Shown: positions 1 to 11,218 of the stretch, in pieces
Numbering within the stretch: position 1 is the stretch's first letter
How the letters are laid out: every line of letters starts with the position of its first letter
DNA from: Minisyncoccota bacterium
GTDB lineage: Bacteria > Patescibacteriota > Minisyncoccia > Phycocordibacterales > UBA6065
DNA: 64,000 nucleotides
Assembly (NCBI GenBank): GCA_035546035.1
Contig: DASZXC010000003.1
Location: forward strand, 64,479 to 128,478
Reading direction: 5' to 3'
Translations under genes and position numbers: made by a program
Notes under the pieces: generated by a model
What the model saw: the letters and a program-made list of their open reading frames with translations, nothing else
What the model was told of the DNA's origin: nothing
Databases searched by the model: none

Positions 1-10
1 GGTCACGTAC

Positions 11-1102
11 GTGCCTTCGAACGCCCTCTGGATATTGACCCTCGGCATGTCGGGCCTCTTCGTCGCGGCGCTCCGGGAAGACAAGGCTCTCGCGTCGAGC
101 CACTTCTCGATCATCGGCAGGCCGGCCGCATCCTTTGTATCAGTGCTCGTCTCGGTACTCGCCCTCATCGGCGCCGTGTCGTTCGGCTACTTCGTCGCCG
201 TCAAGAGCCTCTCGAGCGTTTATTACCAGAAGGGGGTCGTCGCCCTTAACGCCTCGGGCGACCTCGACAAAGGCGAGGCTGATATATTGAACGCGATCTC
301 GCTCTCTCCGGCGCCTCTTTATTACCAGTCCGTCTCCGAGATCTATCTTGCCCGGCTCAACAACCTCTTCAACGATACCAAGATAAGCCAGACCGAAGCG
401 CAGTCGAAATTCCAGAGCCTCCTCGGCACCGCTATCCAGGCGGCGCAGGCGGCGGTCGCGGCTGATCCTACGGATTATAGGAATTATATGACGCTCGGCC
501 GCGTATTCGAGGCGGTCGTACCGCTCAACATCGAAGGCGCGTACGACAATGCTAAAAAGGCATATGAGCAGGCGCTCGCTCTCAATCCGCAGAGTCCCGA
601 GGTGTATCTCGTTATGGCCCGCCTCGAAGTCGCTAAGAAAGACAACGACGCTGCAAAAGCGGATATCGACGAGGCGCTGAAGCTCAAGAACGACTACGCC
701 GACGCGATATACCTCCTCTCGCAGATCCAGATCTCGGAGAACGACGTGGACGAAGCGATCAAGTCCGTTTCAGCGGTCGCCACGCTCTCGCCGTCGGATC
801 CGGGCATATTCTTCCAGCTCGGCCTTCTCTACTACAGCAAGAGGGATTATCAGAACTCGACCCTCGCGCTCGAGCGCGCGGTGGCCTTGAATCCGCAGTA
901 CGCGAATGCGAAGTACTTCCTCGGTCTCTCTTACTATCTGACCGGCGCCAAAGACAAGTCGCTCCAAGAGTTCCAGGACCTCGCCGCATCGAATCCTGAC
1001 AGCCAGGAAGTGAAGAGCGCGATCGCCGCCCTTGAAGCGGGCAAGTCGCCGGTTCCTGCGTCGAACGCGGTCAATCAGCCGAATCTGCCGGTTAAGCAGT
1101 AG
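11..1102 (+). CDS. TPR-repeat membrane-anchored protein (probably 5'-partial, GTG at 11 with open frame to window start)
   Basis: N-terminal hydrophobic helices followed by repeated 34-aa-like A/L/Y-rich TPR motifs (AYEQALALNPQSPEVY, LALERAVALNPQYANAKYFLG). Confidence 0.55.
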   Translation: MPSNALWILTLGMSGLFVAALREDKALASSHFSIIGRPAASFVSVLVSVLALIGAVSFGYFVAVKSLSSVYYQKGVVALNASGDLDKGEADILNAISLSPAPLYYQSVSEIYLARLNNLFNDTKISQTEAQSKFQSLLGTAIQAAQAAVAADPTDYRNYMTLGRVFEAVVPLNIEGAYDNAKKAYEQALALNPQSPEVYLVMARLEVAKKDNDAAKADIDEALKLKNDYADAIYLLSQIQISENDVDEAIKSVSAVATLSPSDPGIFFQLGLLYYSKRDYQNSTLALERAVALNPQYANAKYFLGLSYYLTGAKDKSLQEFQDLAASNPDSQEVKSAIAALEAGKSPVPASNAVNQPNLPVKQ

Positions 1103-1118
1103 GGAATAATAGGCCGGT

Positions 1119-2810
1119 ATGGTCAAAAGGATACTTTCATTCGTCGGTCGCGAGATAAGCGGTCTCCATGAGGCCGCTTATCTGCTTGCCATATCGTCTG
1201 CCGCGTCCCTGGTATTCGCGCTCGTCCGCGACAGGCTCCTGGCACATATACTCGGCGCTTCGCCCGCGCTTGATGTGTACTATGCGGCGTTCCGCGTGCC
1301 GGATTTCATCTTCGTCGCCGTCGCCTCGCTCGTCTCGACGTCCATATTGGTGCCGTTCCTGATCGAAAGCAGGGAAAAGGAAGCGGGAGGCGCGGCAGGG
1401 GAATTGAAGACATCTATCCAGAGCCTTTTCTCGGCGTTCTTCGTCCTGATCTTTGCGGTATGTGCCGCGGCGTTCTTCCTGATGCCGTGGCTCGATCGGA
1501 TGCTTTTCCCGAAGCTCTTCGGCGAAGGGCTGGGGGATACGCTCGTGACGACGTCGAGGCTCTTGCTCCTCTCGCCCGTGCTCCTGGGCTTCTCCTCGTT
1601 CTTCGCGTCGATCACCCAGATGCAGAACAGGTTCATGGTCTATGCGGTCTCGTATCCGCTCTATAACATAGGCATCATCGCCGGCATCGTATTCTTTTTA
1701 CCGCATATGGGCGTCGCGGGGCTCGCATTGGGCGTCATCCTGGGCGCATTGTTCCTGTCTTTGACACAGATACCGCTTGTCATCAAAGACGGGCTTTTCC
1801 CGCGATTGTCGGTGCGATTCGACTGGTCCAAAGTCCGCCGCGTGGCCGCACTGTCCGTGCCGAGAACGATAACGCTCTCGTCCCAGCAGCTTACGAACCT
1901 CGGTTTAGTCTCGCTCGCGTCGTTTCTGGGAGCCGGTTCGATCTCTATCTTTAACCTGGCATTGAACCTGCAGTCGGTGCCTCTTTCCATCATCGGGGCG
2001 AGCTATTCATCCGCCGCATTCCCGGTATTGGCGAAACTAATGGCGCAGAAAGAGAGGGAGGCGTTCTTGGGCAAGATGATATCGGCGGCCAAGCACGTCA
2101 TATTCTGGTCCATGCCGATCACGGTATTGTTCGTCGTCCTGCGCGCGCAGATCGTCCGTGTGGTTCTTGGATCGGGCGAATTCAGTTGGTCGGATACGAG
2201 GCTCACCGCCGCAGCATTGGCATTGTTCGTCATATCATCGTTCGGGCAGAGCCTCATGCTCCTGTTCGTGAGGTCGTTCTATGCCGAAGGCAAGACCGCT
2301 AAGCCGCTTCTGATCAATATGATAGCGACTGCGGCGACCATAGGCATGGCATTCGGCTTGATAAAGCTGTATCATGCGGCGCCGTCGTTCGCGCTCTTCG
2401 TCCAAGCCCTCCTCCGTACCGACGGCGCCGCCGACTCCGCTGTCCTGATGCTTCCGCTCGCGTTCACGCTCGGCGCACTCCTCAATCTCTGGCTCCACTG
2501 GCGATCATTTGCGCGGGAATTCCCCGGCTTCACGCGGCCCGTCATGACGACCGCCTGGCATTCCGTCGGCGCGTCCGTCGTCGGCGGATATGCGGCATAC
2601 CTGTCGCTCGGTCTCTTTGACGATATATTCGGGCTCACCACGCTCTTCGGCGTATTCATGCAGGGTTTCTGCGCCGGGCTCATCGGCATCGTCGCTATCG
2701 TCATCGTCCTCAAAGCCATGAAGTCGCCCGAAATGAAAGACATCCACGAAGCGATCGCGCACAAAGTGTGGAAAGTAGACAAGGCGAGCCTGGATCAGTT
2801 GCCGTCATAG
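1119..2810 (+). CDS. murJ: Lipid II flippase MurJ/MviN
   Basis: 563-aa polytopic membrane protein. N-terminal pattern (LLAHILGAS..DVYYAAFRVPDFI) typical of MurJ. Confidence 0.8.
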   Translation: MVKRILSFVGREISGLHEAAYLLAISSAASLVFALVRDRLLAHILGASPALDVYYAAFRVPDFIFVAVASLVSTSILVPFLIESREKEAGGAAGELKTSIQSLFSAFFVLIFAVCAAAFFLMPWLDRMLFPKLFGEGLGDTLVTTSRLLLLSPVLLGFSSFFASITQMQNRFMVYAVSYPLYNIGIIAGIVFFLPHMGVAGLALGVILGALFLSLTQIPLVIKDGLFPRLSVRFDWSKVRRVAALSVPRTITLSSQQLTNLGLVSLASFLGAGSISIFNLALNLQSVPLSIIGASYSSAAFPVLAKLMAQKEREAFLGKMISAAKHVIFWSMPITVLFVVLRAQIVRVVLGSGEFSWSDTRLTAAALALFVISSFGQSLMLLFVRSFYAEGKTAKPLLINMIATAATIGMAFGLIKLYHAAPSFALFVQALLRTDGAADSAVLMLPLAFTLGALLNLWLHWRSFAREFPGFTRPVMTTAWHSVGASVVGGYAAYLSLGLFDDIFGLTTLFGVFMQGFCAGLIGIVAIVIVLKAMKSPEMKDIHEAIAHKVWKVDKASLDQLPS

Positions 2811-3346
2811 TATTCCACATACCTCGTCGGGGTCGCTGTCTGGCCCTGCTGGGCCAGCGCTCCCGCTCGGCCCGTCGGCCTGTGCGAGACCCCTCCAAGG
2901 CATGTGGAATACCATGAAGCCAAAAAAACCCGCAGAGCGCTTGCGCGATGCGGGTTTGGAGGGTCTCGGGACCTAAATGATCCCGTCTTTCTCTGCGCGA
3001 GCCTTATCCCTCGACGTGACTTTCACCATCGCGAGGTAGAAGGGGATCATCGCAAAGAGCGAGAGGCTGAACGAGAGGTTTTCAGGGAGGACAAGGCTTA
3101 GAAACGTGTGAGCCGCCATTGACGCACCGTAACCAGTAAGCATTGCCGTGAAAACCGCCATTGCCTGACGCTTGATGTAGATGTTCTTTTTGTAAGAGTT
3201 CATGAGTATCTGTCTATATTATACACCTAAAATAGCCATATTGTCAAGTCCAGGAACGGCCTCAAATAAGGATAAAATTGGTCAAAACCCGCGAACTATG
3301 ATATTTTGGCCTCACTGGGCCGCAGGCCTCTATCGACACTCTCGCT

Positions 3347-5191
<1,845 letters not shown>

Positions 5192-5249
5192 GTTTGACGG
5201 GTTTTCAAATAAGGGTAGTATCAGGTTCGAAACTAAACCTGTTCTTACT

Positions 5250-5765
5250 ATGGAAACTAATATGCACCACACGCTCGCGGCGCTCGAAGCGCGCCGGCAG
5301 TATCATGAAAAGCGCATCAACCTCATCAGTGCCGCGCTCTTGTTTTTGACGGAGCGGGGCTCGATCTCGCAGGACGGCAGGATCGTCTTTCAACTGTACC
5401 GTCAGCAGTCGAGCCCCGAAGGCGCGGCAAGGAGATGGGAAGGCAACGACTTCCTTGAGACGCTCAGGCGCGCTCTCGCCGAAGTGGAATCGGAGAGGCG
5501 GGGTCCGAGCAGAATCTTCCGCTTTGAGCTCTTCATCCAGGTCGACGACTTCCGGGTCGCCATCGATCCGAAAGACGCTCGGGCCCTTATTCGGGAGATC
5601 GCTCCGGAAATGCCCGTTGAGAAGCGGTTCGACTTCACTCTCGATTCCCGCATCTCCGACGAGGTCGGTCCGATGGTGTTCGGTCCCGGCGACCATCCGC
5701 CGTCGGTGTGGTACGACTGGGAAGAGATCCCTCATCCCGCGGCTGCCAGTCATTGGAAGAGCTGA
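5250..5765 (+). CDS. hypothetical protein
   Basis: 171-aa ORF with a perfect-palindrome terminator immediately downstream (5771-5800). Confidence 0.4.
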   Translation: METNMHHTLAALEARRQYHEKRINLISAALLFLTERGSISQDGRIVFQLYRQQSSPEGAARRWEGNDFLETLRRALAEVESERRGPSRIFRFELFIQVDDFRVAIDPKDARALIREIAPEMPVEKRFDFTLDSRISDEVGPMVFGPGDHPPSVWYDWEEIPHPAAASHWKS

Positions 5766-5942
5766 TCTAATAAATATGCCCCGCGCACGTACGTGCGCGG
5801 GGCATTTCATTCCTCGCTAACGGTATAGAGAAGGGATGTAGAGGAGGATCATCGATACGACGATGAGGACCGCGATGGCCCCCCAGACGATGTTCAGGAT
5901 CTTCCTATGCTTCGGGTTAAGTAACATGCTATAAAGTATACC

Positions 5943-6320
5943 ATGAGGGAATTCCAGGAACGCCGCCGGATAAAAAGGCTCCTCCATTCGCGCTATGCGA
6001 TCGCCGCTCTCGCGATCATGTGCCTCTTTCTGGGTCGAGGGGTCTGGAACGTGTATGCCAAATATGAAAAAAGTCGCGACATATCGGCGCGCATGGAGAC
6101 CGAGCTCTCGGCTCTCCAGACCCGCGAGGACAGCCTGAACGGCCAGATAGTCGCATTGGGCACTCCTGAAGGCAAAGAACGGGAGATACGCGACCGATTC
6201 GGCGTCGTGAGGGCGGGGGAAAAGATGGTCGTGCTCGTGGACGAGGCTTCGAATACGGATCAGACGGCGGCCGTGGCGGAGATAAGCTGGTGGGAGAAGC
6301 TCCTAAGCCTTTTCAGATAG
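5943..6320 (+). CDS. septum formation initiator (FtsB/DivIC-like) protein
   Basis: N-terminal TM helix, then coiled-coil segment, then conserved FGVVRAGEKMVVL-type tail. Confidence 0.5.
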   Translation: MREFQERRRIKRLLHSRYAIAALAIMCLFLGRGVWNVYAKYEKSRDISARMETELSALQTREDSLNGQIVALGTPEGKEREIRDRFGVVRAGEKMVVLVDEASNTDQTAAVAEISWWEKLLSLFR

Positions 6321-6333
6321 TTTTAATGGTATA

Positions 6334-6579
6334 ATGGGCATTATGAAAAAAGTAGAGATATATTCGACCCCGGTCTGCACGTACTGCGCCGCCGCAAAAG
6401 ATTTCTTCAAGAAGAACAACGTAGAGTATACGGAATATAACGTGGCATCCGACCAGGCCAAGAGGGCAGAGATGCTCGAAAAGTCAGGCCAGATGGGCGT
6501 GCCGGTCATCGACGTAGGCGGCGACATCGTCGTCGGATATGACGAGAAAGTGCTCAAAGAGCTTCTCTCGATAGCGTAA
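6334..6579 (+). CDS. glutaredoxin/NrdH-like redoxin
   Basis: 81 aa with CTYC active-site motif and glutaredoxin-like GVPVI motif. Hairpin plus T-run terminator at 6588-6620. Confidence 0.7.
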   Translation: MGIMKKVEIYSTPVCTYCAAAKDFFKKNNVEYTEYNVASDQAKRAEMLEKSGQMGVPVIDVGGDIVVGYDEKVLKELLSIA

Positions 6580-6640
6580 GACGGATCGGCCGCGCGACCT
6601 TTGGTCGCGCGGCTTTTCGTATGCTATAGTCATTTTTGCC

Positions 6641-6712
6641 GCCTTCGTAGTTCAATGGATAGAATAGCTCACTCCTAACGAGTAGATCCAGGTTCGATTC
6701 CTGGCGAGGGCA
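6641..6712 (+). tRNA. tRNA-Arg (anticodon CCT)
   Basis: Cloverleaf folded by hand: acceptor GCCTTCG/CGAGGGC, anticodon loop CTCCTAA, T-loop TTCGATT. Confidence 0.65.
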
Positions 6713-6754
6713 CAATAGCCTTGTTTTCGAGCCTTTTTTCAGTATACTAGTCCC

Positions 6755-7003
6755 ATGACCCCTGAAGAGCGAGACCTCCTCCAAAAGACCTACGAGCTTG
6801 CACGGGAGAGCTCCGAAATACTTCGAAAGATACAGCGTTCGCAGAGGACCGCCGCGATAGCCAAGTTCATGTACTGGGCGGCCATCATCGCATTGTCTTT
6901 CGGAGCGTATTACCTCATACAGCCGTATGTCGAGACGCTCAAGGGTTCATTGAACGATATCACGGGAAACAGCGAAGTCGTATCCAGTTTCGGTCAGTTC
7001 TAA
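6755..7003 (+). CDS. hypothetical small membrane protein
   Basis: 82-aa ORF with one predicted TM helix, lying between two tRNAs. Confidence 0.3.
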   Translation: MTPEERDLLQKTYELARESSEILRKIQRSQRTAAIAKFMYWAAIIALSFGAYYLIQPYVETLKGSLNDITGNSEVVSSFGQF

Positions 7004-7018
7004 AAGTCGGTCAAATAA

Positions 7019-7094
7019 GCTTGGATAGCTCAGTTGGTAGAGCACTTCCCTGAAGAGGAAGGGGTCCCCAGTTCGAACCTGGGTCCAAGCACCA
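7019..7094 (+). tRNA. tRNA-Phe (anticodon GAA), CCA encoded
   Basis: GCTTGGATAGCTCAGTTGGTAGAGC...CTGAAGA...TTCGAAC...TCCAAGCACCA. Confidence 0.8.
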
Positions 7095-7104
7095 AAAGCA
7101 CCCT

Positions 7105-7764
7105 ATGTTTATCGAGCGCAACATCTGCAATCCCGAAGCACGAACCGGATGGATCGAGGTCATCGCAGGCTGCATGTTCTCGGGAAAGACCGAAGAGCTC
7201 ATCAGGAGGCTCAATAGGAGCGCTATCGCTCGCCAGAAGGTGGCCATATTCAAGCCCAAGGTAGACAACAGATATCATGCGGACAACGTCGTATCCCACG
7301 ACAGGCGCGTCATCGAATCGGTTGCCGTCGCATCCGCCCGCGATATACCGCCGCTCGTCGAAGGCATCGAAGTCGTCGGCATAGACGAAGCGCAATTCTT
7401 CAACGAATCGATCATAGACGTCGCGAACGAGCTTGCCAATTCGGGGAAGCGCGTCGTCATCGCCGGTCTCGATATGGATTACACTGGCAAGCCGTTCGGC
7501 CCCATGCCGTATCTTCTCGCCATCGCCGAATTCGTGACCAAGGTGAACGCTATTTGCGCGAGGACGGGCGAGATCGCTTCGTATACGTTCCGCCATCCCG
7601 GCGAAGACACGGCCCAGGTGCTCTTAGGCGAGAAGGACGTATACGAAGCCCGCGGCCGCCGCGCCTTCTACGAAGGCATGGAGAGCAGAGACACATATGC
7701 CGCGGCTCCAAAAAAGAAAGCCGCGATCAAAGGCAAGAAGGCTGCCAAGGCGAAGAAAAGATAG
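7105..7764 (+). CDS. tdk: thymidine kinase with C-terminal Lys/Ala-rich tail
   Basis: P-loop MFSGKTEEL, VIGIDEAQFF, C-terminal zinc-ribbon region. Extra C-terminal tail APKKKAAIKGKKAAKAKKR. Confidence 0.8.
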   Translation: MFIERNICNPEARTGWIEVIAGCMFSGKTEELIRRLNRSAIARQKVAIFKPKVDNRYHADNVVSHDRRVIESVAVASARDIPPLVEGIEVVGIDEAQFFNESIIDVANELANSGKRVVIAGLDMDYTGKPFGPMPYLLAIAEFVTKVNAICARTGEIASYTFRHPGEDTAQVLLGEKDVYEARGRRAFYEGMESRDTYAAAPKKKAAIKGKKAAKAKKR

Positions 7765-7773
7765 GATAAAGAG

Positions 7774-7833
7774 CATAAATATATACAAAAATCACCCCGC
7801 CAGGCCTTGGGGTGATTTTTGTATATATTTATG
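7774..7833. terminator. long palindrome (25-bp perfect arms, 10-nt loop), bidirectional terminator between convergent tdk and hsp20
   Basis: cataaatatatacaaaaatcacccc / ggggtgatttttgtatatatttatg read directly from the sequence. Confidence 0.6.
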
Positions 7834-7837
7834 TTCG

Positions 7838-8287
7838 CTATACTGACTTCACTCGCAACTTATTCTGCTTCGATTTGTCTACTTTTGGTAACTTAATCGT
7901 GAGCAACCCGTGGCGCTCGATGGCTTCCGCTTCTTCCACCTCGATCTCCTCCGGAAGCATGATCGTTCGCGAGAAAGAGCCCCAATAGAGCTCTTTATGG
8001 AAATAGTCATGATCATGGACTTCCGCCGATTCCTCGCGCTTGCCTTTGATGGTAACCATATCGCGGGTGATGTTGATGTCGAGGTCTTCGGGGCGGACGC
8101 CCGCGACCATCGTCTTCAAAACGATCTCCTCGGGGGTTTGATACACGTCGACCGTGAGCTGGCCTTCTTCTTCGGACTCATCCAAAATGCCGCGGGCGTC
8201 GGCATCCGCTTCTTCAATAGCCTCGTCTTCCTCTAGTTTGACGGTGCCGGTGAGCCTTTCGAAGAACGATTTTTTTGATGGTTGCAT
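7838..8287 (-). CDS. Hsp20/alpha-crystallin family small heat-shock protein
   Basis: Alpha-crystallin domain pattern (DVYQTPEEIVLKTMVAGVRPEDLDINI ... GLLTIKLPK). Confidence 0.8.
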   Translation of the reverse strand: MQPSKKSFFERLTGTVKLEEDEAIEEADADARGILDESEEEGQLTVDVYQTPEEIVLKTMVAGVRPEDLDINITRDMVTIKGKREESAEVHDHDYFHKELYWGSFSRTIMLPEEIEVEEAEAIERHGLLTIKLPKVDKSKQNKLRVKSV

Positions 8288-8292
8288 GCTAT

Positions 8293-8988
8293 TTAATTAT
8301 GGAGCTTCTTCGCTTTTTCAAAGAGGAGGAGTATGCCGAGAGCGGCCGCCCATACGCATCCGAAAACGAAGAATGTCTTGCTTCCGTTGTCGTATATTAT
8401 AAACAGGTTGAAGACCGCGTGCAATCCGATGGCGAGCGCCAGGCCGAGCATCCGCCATATATTCTGCGCGGCGCGGCTCTTATAGAATTCGCGGGCCATG
8501 GAATAGCCCAGGATCGCCGAGCAGACGACGTGGAGGAGGCTCGCTCCCACAAAGCGCATATTGCCCGTGACGAGGCTGCGCATCGTATCGCCGTCCACGA
8601 GCGGATTCAGTATGAAGAGCGCGTTCTCGAGCGCCGCGAAGCCGAGCGCGACCGTGATCATGTATTCCAGCGCGTCTATCGGCTCGTCGAAATCGCGGGT
8701 GCGAAGGGCGAAAAGCCACGCTGCGGAGAGCTTGAGGCACTCTTCGACGACGGCCCAGAGGAAGAAGGTCTGCGGCGCGAAGCCGTAGTGTTCGGCGATA
8801 GCCTTTTCAGGGAAATAGGCGAAGGGAACCATGGCCATGCCGCCGAGGAAGGCCGTCAGGATGCGGCTTCGAGGCTCGGGGTGGAGCTTGTCTTCCTGGG
8901 CCCAGAACCACAGCCATACCAGAGCGGGCAATATGCCGCCCAAAGCGGCATACGAGAAGCTCGGCAATGTGTTCATTATATCGGCCAT
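8293..8988 (-). CDS. PrsW-family intramembrane protease
   Basis: Polytopic membrane protein with EECLK (EExxK) and FAALEN (FxxxEN) motifs and a conserved His in a TM segment. Confidence 0.6.
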   Translation of the reverse strand: MADIMNTLPSFSYAALGGILPALVWLWFWAQEDKLHPEPRSRILTAFLGGMAMVPFAYFPEKAIAEHYGFAPQTFFLWAVVEECLKLSAAWLFALRTRDFDEPIDALEYMITVALGFAALENALFILNPLVDGDTMRSLVTGNMRFVGASLLHVVCSAILGYSMAREFYKSRAAQNIWRMLGLALAIGLHAVFNLFIIYDNGSKTFFVFGCVWAAALGILLLFEKAKKLHN

Positions 8989-11159
8989 GTTTCGATGATG
9001 AGGGGCTTCTTGTTGGCGATCGGCATGTCGGACCAGATCTCTTCGGTCACGAACGGCGTGAACGGATGGAGCGCGCGGAGCGAGCCGGCGAGGATATGGA
9101 GCAAGAGCTGCTTGCGCGACGCCTTGTCCGCGTCCGAGCCTTCAGCGAGGATCTTCTTCGAAGTCTCGATGATTATGTCCGCGAATTCATGCCAGATATA
9201 GGCATAGAGCTTCTCTGCGACGAGATAGAATTTGAGCTCGTCCATCTCTTTCGTCGCTTCCTTCAATATCTCGCGGAACTCCTCGACGATCTTCTTGTCA
9301 TCGGCGCTCCACGCGGAGAATCCGGCGTCGAGCCTTTCGTCCCCGGTCGACGAGAGCACGAAGCGGGCGATATTCCAGAGCTTGTTGGCGAAGTTCTTGT
9401 AGGCGCGGATCTTGTCTTCGGACATCTTGGTATCGCTGCCCGGGCCGATGCCGACGATAAGCGACATGCGCACGGCGTCGGTGCCGTATTTTGCTCCCAT
9501 ATCGAGAGGGTCGATGATGTTGCCGAGGGATTTCGACATCTTCTGGCCCTTCGCATCGCGCACGAGGCCGTGAAGGTAGACGGTCTTGAACGGAATATCT
9601 CCCACGAGATATGTAGACATCAATATCATGCGCGCTACCCAGAAGAATATGATGTCGTAGCCGGTCTCGAGGACGTCGGTCGGATGGTATGCCTTCAGGT
9701 CAGGGGTGTTTTCAGGCCAGCCGAGGGCCGAGAAAGTCCACAGGCCCGACGAGAACCAGGTATCGAGCGTGTCCTCGTCCTGTTTCCAGCCTTCGCCCGG
9801 CGAAGCGAGCGATACCTGCATCGCGCCGTCCTTGTACCAGACGGGGATGCGGTGGCCGAACCATATCTGGCGCGATATGCACCAGTCGCGGAGATTCGAT
9901 ATCCAGTTCACGTATACTTTCTGGAATCGATCGGGGACAAAGGCGATATTCTTGTCAGCCTCGAGCATGAGCTCCTTGAGCGACTTGTTACCCCTGGCAG
10001 GGATCTTCTTGTTCACGTCGACGAACCATTGCAATTTCGGCAATGGCTCGATGATACCGCCCGTTCGTTCGGCGGTCGCCATATTCTGAGGGATCGTCTC
10101 CGTCTTTTCGAGCAAGCCTTGCGTCGCGAGCCATTCGACGACCGCCGCGCGGGCATCGAGGACTTTCTTGTCCTTCAAGAGCGCCGAATCGGCGGTCATC
10201 TTCGCGAATTCGTTTATGACCGGTATGACGGGGAGCTTGTGCCTCTGGGCGATCTCCCAGTCTATGTGGCTATGCGCAGGAGTGACGCCGACGGCGCCGG
10301 TACCGAATTGCGGATCGACCGCATCGTCGCCGACGATCTTGATATGGATCTTCGCTCCGGCGAATTCGGCGTCGTATTCCTTGCCTATGAACTGCTTGTA
10401 CCGCGCGTCTTCAGGATGGACGGCGACGCCCGTATCGCCGACCTTGGTCTCCGGGCGGGTCGTGGCGATGGAGATAGGGAAGTCTTTGGAGTATTTGAAC
10501 GTATAGAGCTGTCCGGCGCCTTCTTTGTAGTCGATCTCGTCGTCGGAGATCGTCGTCTGGCCCTTCGGATCCCAGTTCACGATGCGATAGCCCTGATATA
10601 TCAGGGCGTCTCCGTGCATGCGCTTGAACGCCTCAAAGACCGCCTCGCCGCGCTTTTCGTCGAGCGTGTATGCTTCGCGCGACCAGTCTACGGAAGCGCC
10701 CATCTTCTTGATCTGGTTCGTAATGGTGTCATGGCTTTCCTGCGCGAACTGATTTACGCGCTTGACAAGCTCTTCGCGGCCGAGGTCCTGGCGGCGCTTG
10801 CCTTCTTTTTTATATATCTCGGTCTCGACTTTGGATTGAGTGGCGATCGCTGCGTGGTCGGTGCCCGGAAGCCAGAGCGTCTTGAATCCCTTCATGCGCT
10901 TGTAGCGGACGAGGATGTCCTGTATGACGAGCATCTCGGCGTGGCCGATATGGAGCGTGCCGGTCACGTTCGGCGGCGGCAGGACGATGGAGAAAGGCGT
11001 CGCGTGGCGCGGAGGAAGCTTGTCGGGATTGAAGTAGCCTGAATCTACCCAGGCCTTGTATACGGCATCTTCCGTAGCTGCAGGGTTATAGGGCTTCAGG
11101 AATTTGGCCGGTATGTTCGCAGGAGGATAAGGCTGCGGGAAGGGCTGCTTTGGCTCCAT
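8976..11159 (-). CDS. valS: valyl-tRNA synthetase (short form)
   Basis: PPPNVTGTLHIGHA (HIGH) and KMSKSLGN (KMSKS) class I motifs with ValRS-like context. Confidence 0.85.
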   Translation of the reverse strand: MEPKQPFPQPYPPANIPAKFLKPYNPAATEDAVYKAWVDSGYFNPDKLPPRHATPFSIVLPPPNVTGTLHIGHAEMLVIQDILVRYKRMKGFKTLWLPGTDHAAIATQSKVETEIYKKEGKRRQDLGREELVKRVNQFAQESHDTITNQIKKMGASVDWSREAYTLDEKRGEAVFEAFKRMHGDALIYQGYRIVNWDPKGQTTISDDEIDYKEGAGQLYTFKYSKDFPISIATTRPETKVGDTGVAVHPEDARYKQFIGKEYDAEFAGAKIHIKIVGDDAVDPQFGTGAVGVTPAHSHIDWEIAQRHKLPVIPVINEFAKMTADSALLKDKKVLDARAAVVEWLATQGLLEKTETIPQNMATAERTGGIIEPLPKLQWFVDVNKKIPARGNKSLKELMLEADKNIAFVPDRFQKVYVNWISNLRDWCISRQIWFGHRIPVWYKDGAMQVSLASPGEGWKQDEDTLDTWFSSGLWTFSALGWPENTPDLKAYHPTDVLETGYDIIFFWVARMILMSTYLVGDIPFKTVYLHGLVRDAKGQKMSKSLGNIIDPLDMGAKYGTDAVRMSLIVGIGPGSDTKMSEDKIRAYKNFANKLWNIARFVLSSTGDERLDAGFSAWSADDKKIVEEFREILKEATKEMDELKFYLVAEKLYAYIWHEFADIIIETSKKILAEGSDADKASRKQLLLHILAGSLRALHPFTPFVTEEIWSDMPIANKKPLIIETWPI

Positions 11160-11218
11160 AAGTATAGAAAATCATAGCAAATAAGGCCTAAAATGAAAAT
11201 TGCCTGAGCGCGTTGCTT

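Noticed and set aside
2973-3203. 76-aa minus-strand ORF upstream of lepA as a small membrane protein gene
   Set aside because: It is hydrophobic but short and overlaps the likely lepA promoter region. There is no supporting motif, so it is left uncalled.
8967-11042. 691-aa plus-strand ORF antisense to valS. Similar long antisense ORFs occur at 40074-41081 (vs rpsA), 42853-44247 (vs gyrA), 56450-58480 (vs clpB), 62917-63441 and 63167-63553 (vs the terminal secreted-protein gene).
   Set aside because: Arg/Asp/Glu/Leu-rich composition typical of the antisense frame of high-GC genes. Each is fully covered by a well-supported gene on the other strand with clear catalytic motifs.
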